A stretch of DNA of 64,000 bases from NCBI GenBank assembly GCA_965248695.1, contig CBDFKD010000002.1, forward strand, positions 2,144,001 to 2,208,000, read 5' to 3'. The DNA is from Acidobacteriota bacterium. Its GTDB lineage: Bacteria > Acidobacteriota > UBA890 > WLXD01. Position numbers and translations under genes: made by a program. Under the pieces are notes generated by a model, which worked only from the letters and a program-made list of their open reading frames with translations, did not search any database and had not been told where the DNA came from. Below, piece by piece: positions 32,480-42,576 of this stretch; positions within the stretch are counted from its first letter, which is position 1; every line of letters begins with the position of its first letter.

Positions 32480-33520
32480 TCAATAGATCAAGTAACGGCT
32501 CTGCTCCGAGCGTCGGGGCGTGATGGCGTCGAGCAGCTGCGGCAGTAGCTGCTCGAACGTCTCGAATACGGCGTCCGAATTCGACACCGACTCGTCGGCA
32601 GGGAAGGAGGTTTCGGCTTCGAGCGTTCCATCAAGCAGTCGAGAGCCGTCCTCGCCGCGGAGCACGAGGTAATCGTAGGTGAGCTTGTAGGCGACGTTGT
32701 CCTGGAATCGGGCGACCTCACGTATCTGGCCGTCTGGAGAGCGGATGCGCTCACGCACCATCTCCGAGCGGGGCTCGGAGATCAGCCCGATTGCCCCAGT
32801 CAGGACCAGATCCGCCTCGGCAGCCTCGGCACGCCCCACCCAGTAGTCGGCGTCATCGAGAATGCCCGTGCCGCGTTGCGCCCGATCTATCGGCTGCTCC
32901 AGCTGGTCCTGGGTCTCGAAGAACGTGCGCTGGGTGATGCGGCGGCGCAGGTAGCGCACCGCCATATCGTTGAGGTTGGCCTCTGAATCGTCGCGCCGCA
33001 CGAAGTTGCCCACCAGGATGCGGTTGTAGCCGGCCAGATTGGGACCCTGATCCGGAACAGAGATCATGATCTCCAGGAAGCCGAGTGTCGGCTCGGCCCC
33101 TTCGTATTCCTGGCTGACGACGCCCGTCGGGTCCTCCGCCGCGAGCTCCTCGGCGATCGCCTCTGCGTCCACCATCTCGTCGGAGTCGATGCGCTCCCAG
33201 ATGGGCAAGAACTGCCGATGGTTGCGCAGGACGTAGAACCGCTCGTCGGGCCCGGCCAGTTCGAGGGCCTGGTCGTAGTAGTCCTTGGCGTCGTCGAACT
33301 CACCCTCACGCTCATGGCGCACGGCGAGGTTGTTGAGGGCGCGTGTGTTCACGCTGGCGACGGCCAGCGCCTTCTGCCAGCGGAATGAGGCCTCTTCCCA
33401 GTAGCCGTTGTCGGCGGCCATGGCCCCTGAGCGGGTCTGGTTATCTGGCCGCTCTACCGTGCCGGCACAGGCGATGCCGACACCCAAGAGCAGAACTGTG
33501 GCGACGGCGCGGGCGCGCAT
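32480..33520 (-). CDS. TPR-containing lipoprotein
   Basis: Lipobox-like GIAC; TPR ALNNLAV..G.FDDA..YY.QAL. The start could alternatively be 33577. Confidence 0.7.
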   Translation of the reverse strand: MRARAVATVLLLGVGIACAGTVERPDNQTRSGAMAADNGYWEEASFRWQKALAVASVNTRALNNLAVRHEREGEFDDAKDYYDQALELAGPDERFYVLRNHRQFLPIWERIDSDEMVDAEAIAEELAAEDPTGVVSQEYEGAEPTLGFLEIMISVPDQGPNLAGYNRILVGNFVRRDDSEANLNDMAVRYLRRRITQRTFFETQDQLEQPIDRAQRGTGILDDADYWVGRAEAAEADLVLTGAIGLISEPRSEMVRERIRSPDGQIREVARFQDNVAYKLTYDYLVLRGEDGSRLLDGTLEAETSFPADESVSNSDAVFETFEQLLPQLLDAITPRRSEQSRYLIY

Positions 33521-33785
33521 CTCGCCATACGTCGCGGTTGGCCGCCGATGAATAGTCGTCTGGCGATTGGGAGACATATGCCTCCGGCCTGTCGGACGAA
33601 GAGGGCGCGGGCAGGGCTGACTGCCATCGCGGCGAGACGGCCTACCAAGGGGACCCGGAACGAACTGCTGTGTTGACAAGGATTGAGTCTACCGATCCGT
33701 AGCTAGCGCCCGCAAGCGACGCCCGTGGCCAAACCCACACTCTGGCGCCGCGCCTGTCGCCGGTCGGTGTCCGTCCCCTGGTGGC

Positions 33786-34662
33786 ATGAGGCCTGTGCCA
33801 GGGCGCCGGTGCGCCGGCGGCGATGACCCACCAGGGCATCTGCGCGCATCTACTATCCATCGCGGCCACAGTTCCTATCCGGAGCTCCTCGACGCTATCT
33901 TCGATGCACCCGGACAGCTCTTCGTCAGGGGGTGCCTGCCCGTCCGTCCCTGTGTGGCCGTGGTCGGATCACGCGCCTGCTCTGCCTATGGCCGCAAGGT
34001 GGCCACAGCACTGGGAGCGGATCTTGCGCGCGCCGGCTTGGCGGTGGTCTCTGGTCTGGCTCGCGGTATCGACGCCGCCGCCCACCGCGGCTGTCTCGAG
34101 GTCGGGGGCAGCACCGTCGCCGTGCTTCCCGGTGGCTTGTATCCCGTGTACCCGCGACGACATCGGGCGATGGCGCGCCGAATCGCGGCCTCCGGCGCGC
34201 TGGTGGCGGAGCACGAGCCCGGGACGCAGGTCGGCCGCTGGCACTTCCCGAAGCGCAACCGAATCATCGCCGGGTTGTCGTGGGCGACCGTCGTTGTCGA
34301 GGCCGCTGCCCGCAGTGGGGCGCGCATCACCGCCGGGCTGGCGCTCGAGTACGGCCGCGAGGTTCTCATGGTGCCGGGACCGATCACCTCGACGACCTCC
34401 GCCGGCTGCCACGCCCTGCTCGCCGACGGCGCCCACCCATGTACCGGGGTGGCAGATATCCTCGACCATCTGCCCGCAGCAGTGTCCGCCGGGCTGCAAC
34501 TGCCCGCTCCATCCACGCCCGGCGCGCTCGGCCCGGGCGAACGGGAACTGCTCGAGTTGTTACGCTGCCAGGGAAACCTCACCGCTTCGGATGTCTCGCG
34601 GCGGCTTGGAAGTGCAGGCGCTAGTCCGCATACTGCCGGGCGGCAGGATCGAGTCCTGCTAG
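33786..34662 (+). CDS. dprA: DNA-processing protein DprA; C-terminal winged helix disrupted by frameshift near 34605
   Basis: VAVVGSR, VSGLARGID.AAH, FPKRNRIIAG and GREV..VPG. The native-looking end LEVQALVRILPGGR is in the +1 frame; the unshifted frame runs on to 34730. Confidence 0.88.
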
Positions 34663-34665
34663 AAT
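34657..34665 (+). promoter_or_regulatory. Extended -10 promoter element for topA
   Basis: TGcTAGAAT about 60 nt upstream of the topA ATG. Confidence 0.4.
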
Positions 34666-34726
34666 CAGCCGCCGTCCGACGGGCCGTGCGCCCGCCCAGT
34701 GTCGGGCTAGCATCGGAAGAATCACC

Positions 34727-37387
34727 ATGACCACGCGTCTCGTCATAGTCGAATCGCCGACCAAGGCTAAAACGCTGTCGAAATTCCTCGGCTCCGAGTT
34801 CATCGTCGAGTCGAGCGTCGGGCACATCCGTGACTTGCCTGCCAACGCCGCAGAGATCCCGAAGCAGTACAAGGGAGAGCCGTGGGCGCGGCTTGGCGTA
34901 CAGGTCGAGGAGGCCTTCAAGCCACTCTACGTCGTGCAGCCGGCGAAAAAATCGACCATCGCAGAGCTCAAGCGTGCTCTCAAGAACGCCGACGAGCTGT
35001 TGCTGGCTACGGATGAGGATCGCGAGGGCGAGGCGATCAGCTGGCATCTGATCGAAGTTCTTCAGCCGAAAGTGCCCGTACGTCGCATGGTCTTCCACGA
35101 GATCACGCGGCGGGCCGTCCAGGAATCGCTCGCCCATACCCGTGAGCTCGATCGCAACCTCGTGGAAGCGCAGGAAGCAAGGCGCATCATCGACCGCCTG
35201 TATGGCTATCTGGTGTCACCGGTGCTCTGGCGCAAGGTCGCACCGCGGCTGTCCGCAGGGCGGGTGCAGAGCGTCGCGATCCGCATGCTGGTGGAGCGCG
35301 AGCGCGCCCGCATGCGATTCCGCGCCGCCGAGTACTGGGATCTGACCGCAGAGTTCACCACCGGTGCCGGCGATACGTTCGCAGGTCGACTGCAGACGCT
35401 GGAGGGTGCTCGGCTGGCCCGCAGCAGCAACTTCGATCCCGACACGGGGAAGCTGAAAGACGAGTCCATTCGCATGCTCGATGCGGAGACCGCAGCGACC
35501 CTGGCGACCGAGCTCCGTGGAGAGACATACCGCATCGACGGTATGGAGGAGCAGCCTTTCAAGCGCTCGCCGGCGCCGCCGTTCACCACTTCGACTCTGC
35601 AGCAGGAAGCCAACCGCAAGTTCCGTTTCCACGCCCGCCGCACGATGCGCGCGGCTCAGCGGCTCTACGAGAACGGCTTCATTACCTACATGAGGACCGA
35701 CTCGGTGACCCTGTCGAGCGAGGCGCTCGAGCAGACTCGCGCCAACATCGCTGAAAGGTATGGTGCCGAGTACCTGCCCGATGCGCCACGCGTCTTTCGC
35801 AACAAGGTGAAGAACGCGCAGGAAGCCCACGAGGCGATCCGCCCCGCCGGTAGCCGTCTGGTGCCGGTCGCCGAGGTGCGGGCTGCCCTGAGTGAGGACG
35901 AGGCCCGTCTGTACGACCTGATCTGGAAGCGGACGATGGCGTCACAGATGCCCGACGCCAAGGGACGCCGGATGACGGTGCACGTCGCCGCCACCGGACC
36001 ACGTGAAGCGCGCTTCGTCTCGCACGGCAGCGTGATCGATTTTCCCGGTTTCCTGCGCGCTTACATCGAGGGACGAGCAGATCGCGTAGAGGCCCTGGCG
36101 GATCTCGACCGCCTGCTGCCGCCGATGAGCGTCGATGACGAGGTGCTGGCCGCCCTCAGCACGGAGGACCATCGCACAACACCACCGCGTCGACTGACCG
36201 AGGCCGGGCTGGTCAAAGCGCTGGAAGAGTCCGGCGTCGGGCGACCGAGCACCTACGCATCGATCATCGACACCATCGAGCGGCGTGAGTACACCTTCCG
36301 CAAGGGCAATGCTCTGGTGCCGACGTTCACCGCGTTCGCGGTGGTGAAGCTGATGGAGGACCACCTCGAGCACCTAATCGATATCGAATTCACGGCGCGC
36401 ATGGAGAATCGCCTGGACATGATCTCGCGTGGCGAACGCGAGCCGTTGCCATACCTCAACGAGTTCTATTTCGGCAACGGCATGCCCGGGCTCAAGTCGC
36501 TGATCGAGAACAAGGTCGAGGAGATCGATCCGCGGCAAGTGTGCTCGATTCCTCTCGGCGAGGACGAAGAGGGTCGAGAGATCATCGTCCGCGTCGGCCG
36601 CTACGGCCCTTTCCTGCAGCGCGGCGACCTGACCGCCAACATCCCCGACAAGGTCTGTCCGGACGAGCTCCTGGTCGAGCGCGCCACGGAGCTCATCGAC
36701 GACGCCCAGAAGGGCGACGAGCCAATCGGTCATCACCCCGAATCCGAGCTGCCCGTGTACGTCAAGGTGGGGCGCTACGGGCCCTACGTTCAACTGGGTG
36801 ACCCGGACCCCGATACCAAGACCAAACCCAAGATGGTGTCGCTGCTGAAAGGAATGTCGCCTGCCGAGGTGTCGTTCGACGTCGCTCTCGAGTTGCTGAA
36901 GTTGCCCAAGGTGGTGGGGCAGGACGCCGCGGGGGAGGACATCGTCGTCCATCTCGGTCGCTATGGCCCATATATCAAGCGCGGCACCGATACCCGCAGC
37001 CTGACCGACGACGACAGCGTGCTGAACCTGCCGCTGCAGCGCGCGCTCGAGCTGCTGGCGCAGGAAAAGAGGCGTGGTCGAGCCGCTGCCAAACAGATCA
37101 AGATTTTCGAGAACGTCGAGCAGCTCGACGGCACGAGCGTCAAGTTGCTGGAAGGTCGCTACGGTCCGTACGTCACCGACGGCGAGATCAACGCCTCGCT
37201 GCCGAAGGACATGACCGAGCCCGCCGAGCTGTCGCTCGAGCAGGCGCTCGAGCTCTTGGAAAGACGTCGAGAACGCGGCCCGGCGCGTCGGAAGAAGAAA
37301 GCCAAGCGCAAGGTCAAGAAAAAGACCAAGAAGAAGACCGCCAAGAAGAAGACTGCCAAGAAGAAGACCGCGAAGAAGAAGGCTTGA
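34727..37387 (+). CDS. topA: DNA topoisomerase I with C-terminal GRYGPY repeats and Lys-rich tail
   Basis: IVESPTKAK, ATDEDREGE, SAGRVQS and ITYMRTDS motifs; four GRYGP repeats. Confidence 0.98.
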   Translation: MTTRLVIVESPTKAKTLSKFLGSEFIVESSVGHIRDLPANAAEIPKQYKGEPWARLGVQVEEAFKPLYVVQPAKKSTIAELKRALKNADELLLATDEDREGEAISWHLIEVLQPKVPVRRMVFHEITRRAVQESLAHTRELDRNLVEAQEARRIIDRLYGYLVSPVLWRKVAPRLSAGRVQSVAIRMLVERERARMRFRAAEYWDLTAEFTTGAGDTFAGRLQTLEGARLARSSNFDPDTGKLKDESIRMLDAETAATLATELRGETYRIDGMEEQPFKRSPAPPFTTSTLQQEANRKFRFHARRTMRAAQRLYENGFITYMRTDSVTLSSEALEQTRANIAERYGAEYLPDAPRVFRNKVKNAQEAHEAIRPAGSRLVPVAEVRAALSEDEARLYDLIWKRTMASQMPDAKGRRMTVHVAATGPREARFVSHGSVIDFPGFLRAYIEGRADRVEALADLDRLLPPMSVDDEVLAALSTEDHRTTPPRRLTEAGLVKALEESGVGRPSTYASIIDTIERREYTFRKGNALVPTFTAFAVVKLMEDHLEHLIDIEFTARMENRLDMISRGEREPLPYLNEFYFGNGMPGLKSLIENKVEEIDPRQVCSIPLGEDEEGREIIVRVGRYGPFLQRGDLTANIPDKVCPDELLVERATELIDDAQKGDEPIGHHPESELPVYVKVGRYGPYVQLGDPDPDTKTKPKMVSLLKGMSPAEVSFDVALELLKLPKVVGQDAAGEDIVVHLGRYGPYIKRGTDTRSLTDDDSVLNLPLQRALELLAQEKRRGRAAAKQIKIFENVEQLDGTSVKLLEGRYGPYVTDGEINASLPKDMTEPAELSLEQALELLERRRERGPARRKKKAKRKVKKKTKKKTAKKKTAKKKTAKKKA
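37328..37381 (+). repeat. 15-bp tandem repeat encoding KKKTA in the TopA tail
   Basis: AAGAAGAAGACnGCn repeated about 3 times. Confidence 0.7.
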
Positions 37388-37442
37388 GCCTCCGTTTCGC
37401 CGCCCGTTGCGTGCAGGTTCGTCCCGTTCGGACTTCCGGCCG

Positions 37443-38807
37443 ATGAGCACGGATCACGTGGTCACCGTCGTCGGCGGCGGCATGGCCGGTTCGGAGGCCG
37501 CCTGGCAGCTTGCCCGGCGCGGCATCCGTGTACGCCTACACGAGATGCGGCCTGTCAGGTCTACCCCGGTCCACAAGAGCGACTACCTGGCCGAGATGGT
37601 GTGCAGCAATTCGTTGCGTTCCGACGGCCTCGACAACGCCGTTGGGCTTCTGCACGAGGAGATGCGACATCTGGGGTCGCTTTTCATGGCTGCAGGAGAC
37701 GACAACCGGGTTCCTGCCGGCAAGGCCCTGGCGGTCGATCGCTGGAAGTTCGCCCGCCACATCACCACCTCGCTCGAGGCTGCCGAGGGAGTGGAGATCG
37801 TCCGCGAAGAAGTGCGCCAGATCCCGACCGGGCCGACGATCATCGCGACAGGACCGCTGACATCGGAGTCGCTGGGCGAATCGATCCAAGAATTCGCCGG
37901 CGCTGAGGATCTCTACTTCTACGACGCCGTATCGCCTATTGTTCGCGCCGAATCGGTGGATCGCGAGCGGTCATTCCTCGCCAGCCGTTACGATAAGGGT
38001 GGTGCCGACTACCTGAACTGCCCGATGACGGAAACGGAGTTCGACCGCTTCTATGACGCCCTCATGGCCGCCGACCTCGCACCGCTGCAGGCGTTCGAAG
38101 AGGGGCTCTTCTTCGAGGGTTGCCTACCGGTCGAGGAGCAGGGGCGGCGCGGACGCAAGACCCTCCTGTTCGGCCCCATGAAGCCGGTTGGATTGGTCGA
38201 CCCCAGGACCGGGCAGCGCCCGTTCGCGGTGGTACAGCTCCGGCAGGACGACCTTGCCGCCGAGCACTACTCGCTGGTGGGTTTCCAGACGCGCATGAAA
38301 TGGGGCGAACAGGACCGCGTGTTGCGCCTCATTCCGGCGCTCGAGAACGTCGAGTTCGTGCGTTTCGGCGTGGTGCACCGCAACACCTACATCAACGCTC
38401 CCCGCCTGCTGGCCGAGACACTGCAAACGCGGGCACGCGGCGACCTCTTCTTCGCCGGCCAGGTCGCCGGCACAGAGGGCTATGTCGAATCGGCGGCCGG
38501 CGGCCTGCTGGCAGGAATCTACTGCAGCATGCTGCTGCTCGACGGCGAGATCGAGCCTGTACCGCGGACCACGGCCCTCGGCTCTTTGGCGTTCTATATG
38601 AGCCACGCTAGCGCGGTAAACTATCAGCCGACGAACATAACCTTCGGCATCATGCCGGAGCTCGACGAGCCGACGCGCGGGCGCCGCAATCGTAAACAAC
38701 GCCGTGAGGCACGCTCGCGCCGAGCGCTCGACGAGCTCGACAAGTGGATCGACGGTGTCGGCGACCGGCTGCGGCTCGCCGCAGTCGTCCGGCGCGCGAT
38801 CCGCTGA
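37443..38807 (+). CDS. trmFO: FAD/folate-dependent tRNA U54 methyltransferase
   Basis: GGGMAGSEAAWQ, CSNSL, FEGCLP, HRNTY and GTEGYVES motifs. Confidence 0.97.
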   Translation: MSTDHVVTVVGGGMAGSEAAWQLARRGIRVRLHEMRPVRSTPVHKSDYLAEMVCSNSLRSDGLDNAVGLLHEEMRHLGSLFMAAGDDNRVPAGKALAVDRWKFARHITTSLEAAEGVEIVREEVRQIPTGPTIIATGPLTSESLGESIQEFAGAEDLYFYDAVSPIVRAESVDRERSFLASRYDKGGADYLNCPMTETEFDRFYDALMAADLAPLQAFEEGLFFEGCLPVEEQGRRGRKTLLFGPMKPVGLVDPRTGQRPFAVVQLRQDDLAAEHYSLVGFQTRMKWGEQDRVLRLIPALENVEFVRFGVVHRNTYINAPRLLAETLQTRARGDLFFAGQVAGTEGYVESAAGGLLAGIYCSMLLLDGEIEPVPRTTALGSLAFYMSHASAVNYQPTNITFGIMPELDEPTRGRRNRKQRREARSRRALDELDKWIDGVGDRLRLAAVVRRAIR

Positions 38808-38812
38808 CGAGG

Positions 38813-39427
38813 ATGAACATGTCAACGACCGTTCGGCCCGCCGTCCTCATCTTCGCGGTAGGAGCGCTCGCGTTCTCACTGGGCTACGTGGCTTTCCCGC
38901 ACTCAGAGGACGAGCACGTTCCGGGCCTCGGGAGCAACCTCACGCGGCTGACACTCGACCCCGGTGCTACGGCACCGGCTTTCGTCGTGACGCGCCTCGA
39001 CGGTTCGACCCTGGGATCAACGGATCTCGAGGGCAAGATCATCGTCGTCGATTTCTGGGCTACCTGGTGCGCTCCGTGCCTCACCGAGATCCCGCACTAC
39101 AACAGCCTGCACGAGGAGTACGCCGGCCAGGGCGTGGAAATGCTCGGCATCACGCTACAGTCCGGTAGCTCGGAACAGGTCAGCGAGTGGATCTCCCGGC
39201 CGATTCGCGTCGGCACACAGGAGTTCTCGCTCGACTACCCCGTGGTGATGGGTAACGCGGACATCGAAGCCTCCTGGGGGCCGATTTACGGATTTCCGAT
39301 GACCTACCTGGTCGATTCAGAGTGGAAGATCCGCAAGAAGTGGCTGGGCGCGGTGGCGAACAAGAGCGAGCAACTTCGGTATCTGATCGACGAACTTCTC
39401 GCCGAGCGCGCCGACGCCAGCAGCTGA
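38813..39427 (+). CDS. TlpA-family membrane-anchored thiol:disulfide oxidoreductase
   Basis: N-terminal TM helix, DFWATWCAPCLTEIP, cis-Pro loop GFP. Confidence 0.9.
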   Translation: MNMSTTVRPAVLIFAVGALAFSLGYVAFPHSEDEHVPGLGSNLTRLTLDPGATAPAFVVTRLDGSTLGSTDLEGKIIVVDFWATWCAPCLTEIPHYNSLHEEYAGQGVEMLGITLQSGSSEQVSEWISRPIRVGTQEFSLDYPVVMGNADIEASWGPIYGFPMTYLVDSEWKIRKKWLGAVANKSEQLRYLIDELLAERADASS

Positions 39428-39502
39428 GCGGCGCGTGCCGAAGCGCGAGCGCATGACGCGGCTCGGAGGCAGAGCGGCGTGTTGGCGACCGCGGAGCGGC
39501 CC

Positions 39503-40528
39503 ATGAGCGGTGCTTGTCTGGTCGGGCGCGATCAGTTCCTCCAGTCGTTGCACCTGGAGGCCGCCGCTTCCGACCATACGGTGCGCGCGTATCGAACGGA
39601 TCTCGACCAGTTCGCCGCTTTCCTGCAGGCATGGGAGGCCGGAGAAGAGACAGACTATCGCGGCAATCGACCCGAGCGCCAGCACGGAACCCCCTCCCGC
39701 CTGGATGCTGCGGCGATCACCGCCGCATCTGTTCGCGCCTGGGCGGCTCGCATGCACGCGGCGCAGCTGTCGCCGGTCACCGTCGGGCGAAAGCTGGCGG
39801 CGGTACGTTCGTTCACCAGCTACCTGTGTCGCGAGGGCGTGCTGACTGCCAACCCGGCGCGCCTGGTGCACAACCCGAAGGTCGCACAAAGGTCACCGGC
39901 GTTCCTCACCGAGAGCGAGGTCGCCACATTGTTGGAGTTCGACGACGATTCGGCTGTCGGAACCCGCGACCGGGCCGCCCTCGAGCTCCTTTACGCCACC
40001 GGTCTGCGCGCCAGCGAGCTGTCCGGACTCGAGGTCGACGATATCGACGCCAGTGCGCGGTGCCTGCGCGTTGTCGGCAAGGGAGACAAGGAGCGCATTG
40101 TCCCGTTCGGCGAGCCCGCCGCCATGGCTCTGTGCGCCTGGCTCCCGATTCGCCAGCAGTGGCTCGACCGCCCGCCGAAGATCGGACCCACCGCGGCCAC
40201 CGTGCGCACCGACGCCAAGGGGGCGCTGCTGCTGAGTCAACGAGGCCGTCGACTCGACACGCCGGCGTTGCGGCGGATACTGGCACGGCGCCTCGGCGAG
40301 TCAGCGATGACGAAGCGAGTTACCCCGCACGCCCTGCGACATTCGTTCGCTACCCATCTGCTGAATGCTGGCGCTGACCTACGCGCCATACAGGAGCTCC
40401 TGGGTCACGCTTCTCTTGCCACCACGCAGCGCTACACGCACCTGTCGACCCGACAGCTACAGGAGGTGTACCGGAGCTCGCATCCGCGTGCCAAGCGACG
40501 CGATGCCAGCTCTCGGCCGACCCGGTAG
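39503..40528 (+). CDS. xerC: Tyrosine recombinase XerC
   Basis: LYATGLR.SE, GKGDKER, HALRHSFATH and LLGH..TTQRYTH motifs; trmFO/hslV context. Confidence 0.9.
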   Translation: MSGACLVGRDQFLQSLHLEAAASDHTVRAYRTDLDQFAAFLQAWEAGEETDYRGNRPERQHGTPSRLDAAAITAASVRAWAARMHAAQLSPVTVGRKLAAVRSFTSYLCREGVLTANPARLVHNPKVAQRSPAFLTESEVATLLEFDDDSAVGTRDRAALELLYATGLRASELSGLEVDDIDASARCLRVVGKGDKERIVPFGEPAAMALCAWLPIRQQWLDRPPKIGPTAATVRTDAKGALLLSQRGRRLDTPALRRILARRLGESAMTKRVTPHALRHSFATHLLNAGADLRAIQELLGHASLATTQRYTHLSTRQLQEVYRSSHPRAKRRDASSRPTR

Positions 40529-40564
40529 TTCGCCAGGGGCCGACCCGCAGCCGCCGCGGCCCCT

Positions 40565-40573
40565 TGCTACAAT
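40565..40573 (+). promoter_or_regulatory. Extended -10 element of a probable leaderless hslV transcript
   Basis: TGcTACAAT ends 6 nt before ATG 40580; no Shine-Dalgarno sequence. Confidence 0.55.
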
Positions 40574-40579
40574 CGGCAC

Positions 40580-41125
40580 ATGACGAGTCGGTTTCACGGC
40601 ACCACGATCTGCTGCGTTCGAATCGGCAACCACGTGGCTATGGGCGGCGACGGCCAGGTGACGCTGGAGCACACGGTCATGAAGGCCGGCGCCCGCAAGG
40701 TCCGCCGCATGTACAACGACGCCGTGCTAGCAGGCTTCGCCGGCTCAGCCGCCGACGGGTTGGCGCTCTTCACCCGCTTCGAGGCGAAGCTCGAGAGCTT
40801 CAACGGCAACCTGCGCCGTGCCGCTGTGGAGCTGAGCGGCGAGTGGAGGATCGACAAGAGCCTGCGGCACCTTCAGGCCTTGCTTGTGGTCGCCGACGCT
40901 GAAACATCGATCCTGTTGTCAGGCACCGGGGACGTCATCGAGCCAGACGACGGTATCCTCGTGATCGGCTCGGGCGGTTCGGTGGCCCTGGCTGCGGCGC
41001 GCGCGTTGATCGCCCATACCGAGCTCGCCGCCGAACGGATCGTGCGTGAAGCGCTGCTGACCGCCGCCAGCATCGACATCTACACCAACGACAATATCCG
41101 GGTCGAAGTGTTGGAGTCACCGTGA
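40580..41125 (+). CDS. hslV: ATP-dependent protease subunit HslV
   Basis: [19 protein letters not shown] and IGSGG motifs. Confidence 0.97.
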   Translation: MTSRFHGTTICCVRIGNHVAMGGDGQVTLEHTVMKAGARKVRRMYNDAVLAGFAGSAADGLALFTRFEAKLESFNGNLRRAAVELSGEWRIDKSLRHLQALLVVADAETSILLSGTGDVIEPDDGILVIGSGGSVALAAARALIAHTELAAERIVREALLTAASIDIYTNDNIRVEVLESP

Positions 41126-41178
41126 CTCCGGCGCGTATCGGCACATCCAGGCGGCCGCGGCCGCGCGCCCAATAGTCC

Positions 41179-42576
41179 ATGGCCATCACACTGCCCGAAA
41201 AGCTCGAGCCCGGTGCGGAGAGCGTCGACGACCTCACGCCAAGGCAGATCGTGGAATTGCTCGATCGGTACGTTATCGGTCAGCGCGCTGCCAAGCGTGC
41301 GGTGGCAATCGCCATCCGCAACCGCTTCCGGCGGCTGCGTCTGCCCGACGACCTGGTCGACGAGGTAGCGCCGAAGAACATATTGATGATCGGTCCAACG
41401 GGCGTCGGCAAGACCGAGATATCCAGGCGCCTGTCGCGTTTGACCGGCTCGCCATTCCTCAAGGTCGAGGCAACCAAGTTCACCGAGGTGGGCTACGTAG
41501 GCCGCGACGTGGAATCGATGGTGCGCGACCTGCTGGACATCGCCATCGACATGGTGCGACAGGAGCATGCGGCCGCCGTAGAGGTCCAGGCCCGACGTCA
41601 GGCGGAGGATCAGCTGCTCGACGTGCTGTTGCCACCGGCGCCCGTGGTCCGGCCGGCGGACGAGGCCGCCGAGCCCGCCGCCACACGCCGTGCCACCCGG
41701 GAGAAGATCCGCGACCAGCTGCTCGCCGGAGCGCTCGACGAGCGGATGGTAGAGGTCGACGTTCCCGATGGCCGGGCGCCGTCGTTCCAGGTGTTCACCG
41801 GTCAGGGTAGCGACACGATGGACGTCAACCTGAAGGACATGTTGCCGGGCATGTTCGGCAGTGGCCGTGGCAACACCAAACGGCGACGGATGTCGGTGCC
41901 CGAAGCGCTCGAGCACCTCACACGCGAGGCCGCCGCGACCCTCATCGATGATGACGAGGTCATCCGCGAGGCGCTCGAGCGAGCCGAATCCTCGGGAATT
42001 ATCTTCCTCGACGAGATCGACAAGATCGCGGGGCGGGAAGGTGCAGGAGGACCGGAAGTTTCACGCGAGGGCGTCCAGCGCGACATCTTGCCTATCGTCG
42101 AGGGTACGGTCGTCAAGACTCGCAACGGCATGATCCGCACTGACCACATCCTCTTCCTCGCCGCCGGTGCTTTTCACGTCTCCAAACCGAGCGATCTCAT
42201 ACCCGAGCTCCAGGGCCGGTTTCCACTGCGCGTCGAGCTCGACGCACTGGGACGCAACGACCTGGTGCGTATTCTCACGGAGCCGGAGAACTCGCTCGTG
42301 CGGCAGTATTGCGCGTTGCTCGCCACCGAGGACGTGCATGTGGAGTTCACCGATGACGCCATCGAGACCATCGCCGAGCTTGCCGAGACGGTAAACGAGC
42401 GCACTGAGAACATCGGGGCGCGCCGACTCCACACGATGATGGAGAAAGTCGTGGAGGAGCTGTCGTTCGAAGCGCCGGAACGCGGCGGAGAGTCCATCAC
42501 CATCGATGCGGAGTACGTCCAGAACGCGCTCGCCGACACCGTCCAGGACGAGGACCTGTCGAGGTACATCCTGTGA
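41179..42576 (+). CDS. hslU: ATP-dependent protease ATPase subunit HslU
   Basis: [24 protein letters not shown] and DLSRYIL motifs. Confidence 0.98.
   Translation: MAITLPEKLEPGAESVDDLTPRQIVELLDRYVIGQRAAKRAVAIAIRNRFRRLRLPDDLVDEVAPKNILMIGPTGVGKTEISRRLSRLTGSPFLKVEATKFTEVGYVGRDVESMVRDLLDIAIDMVRQEHAAAVEVQARRQAEDQLLDVLLPPAPVVRPADEAAEPAATRRATREKIRDQLLAGALDERMVEVDVPDGRAPSFQVFTGQGSDTMDVNLKDMLPGMFGSGRGNTKRRRMSVPEALEHLTREAAATLIDDDEVIREALERAESSGIIFLDEIDKIAGREGAGGPEVSREGVQRDILPIVEGTVVKTRNGMIRTDHILFLAAGAFHVSKPSDLIPELQGRFPLRVELDALGRNDLVRILTEPENSLVRQYCALLATEDVHVEFTDDAIETIAELAETVNERTENIGARRLHTMMEKVVEELSFEAPERGGESITIDAEYVQNALADTVQDEDLSRYIL

Noticed and set aside
39503-40528. Tyrosine recombinase as a phage or island integrase
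   Set aside because: XerC-like sequence in the conserved trmFO-xerC-hslVU context, with no att repeats or cargo genes.
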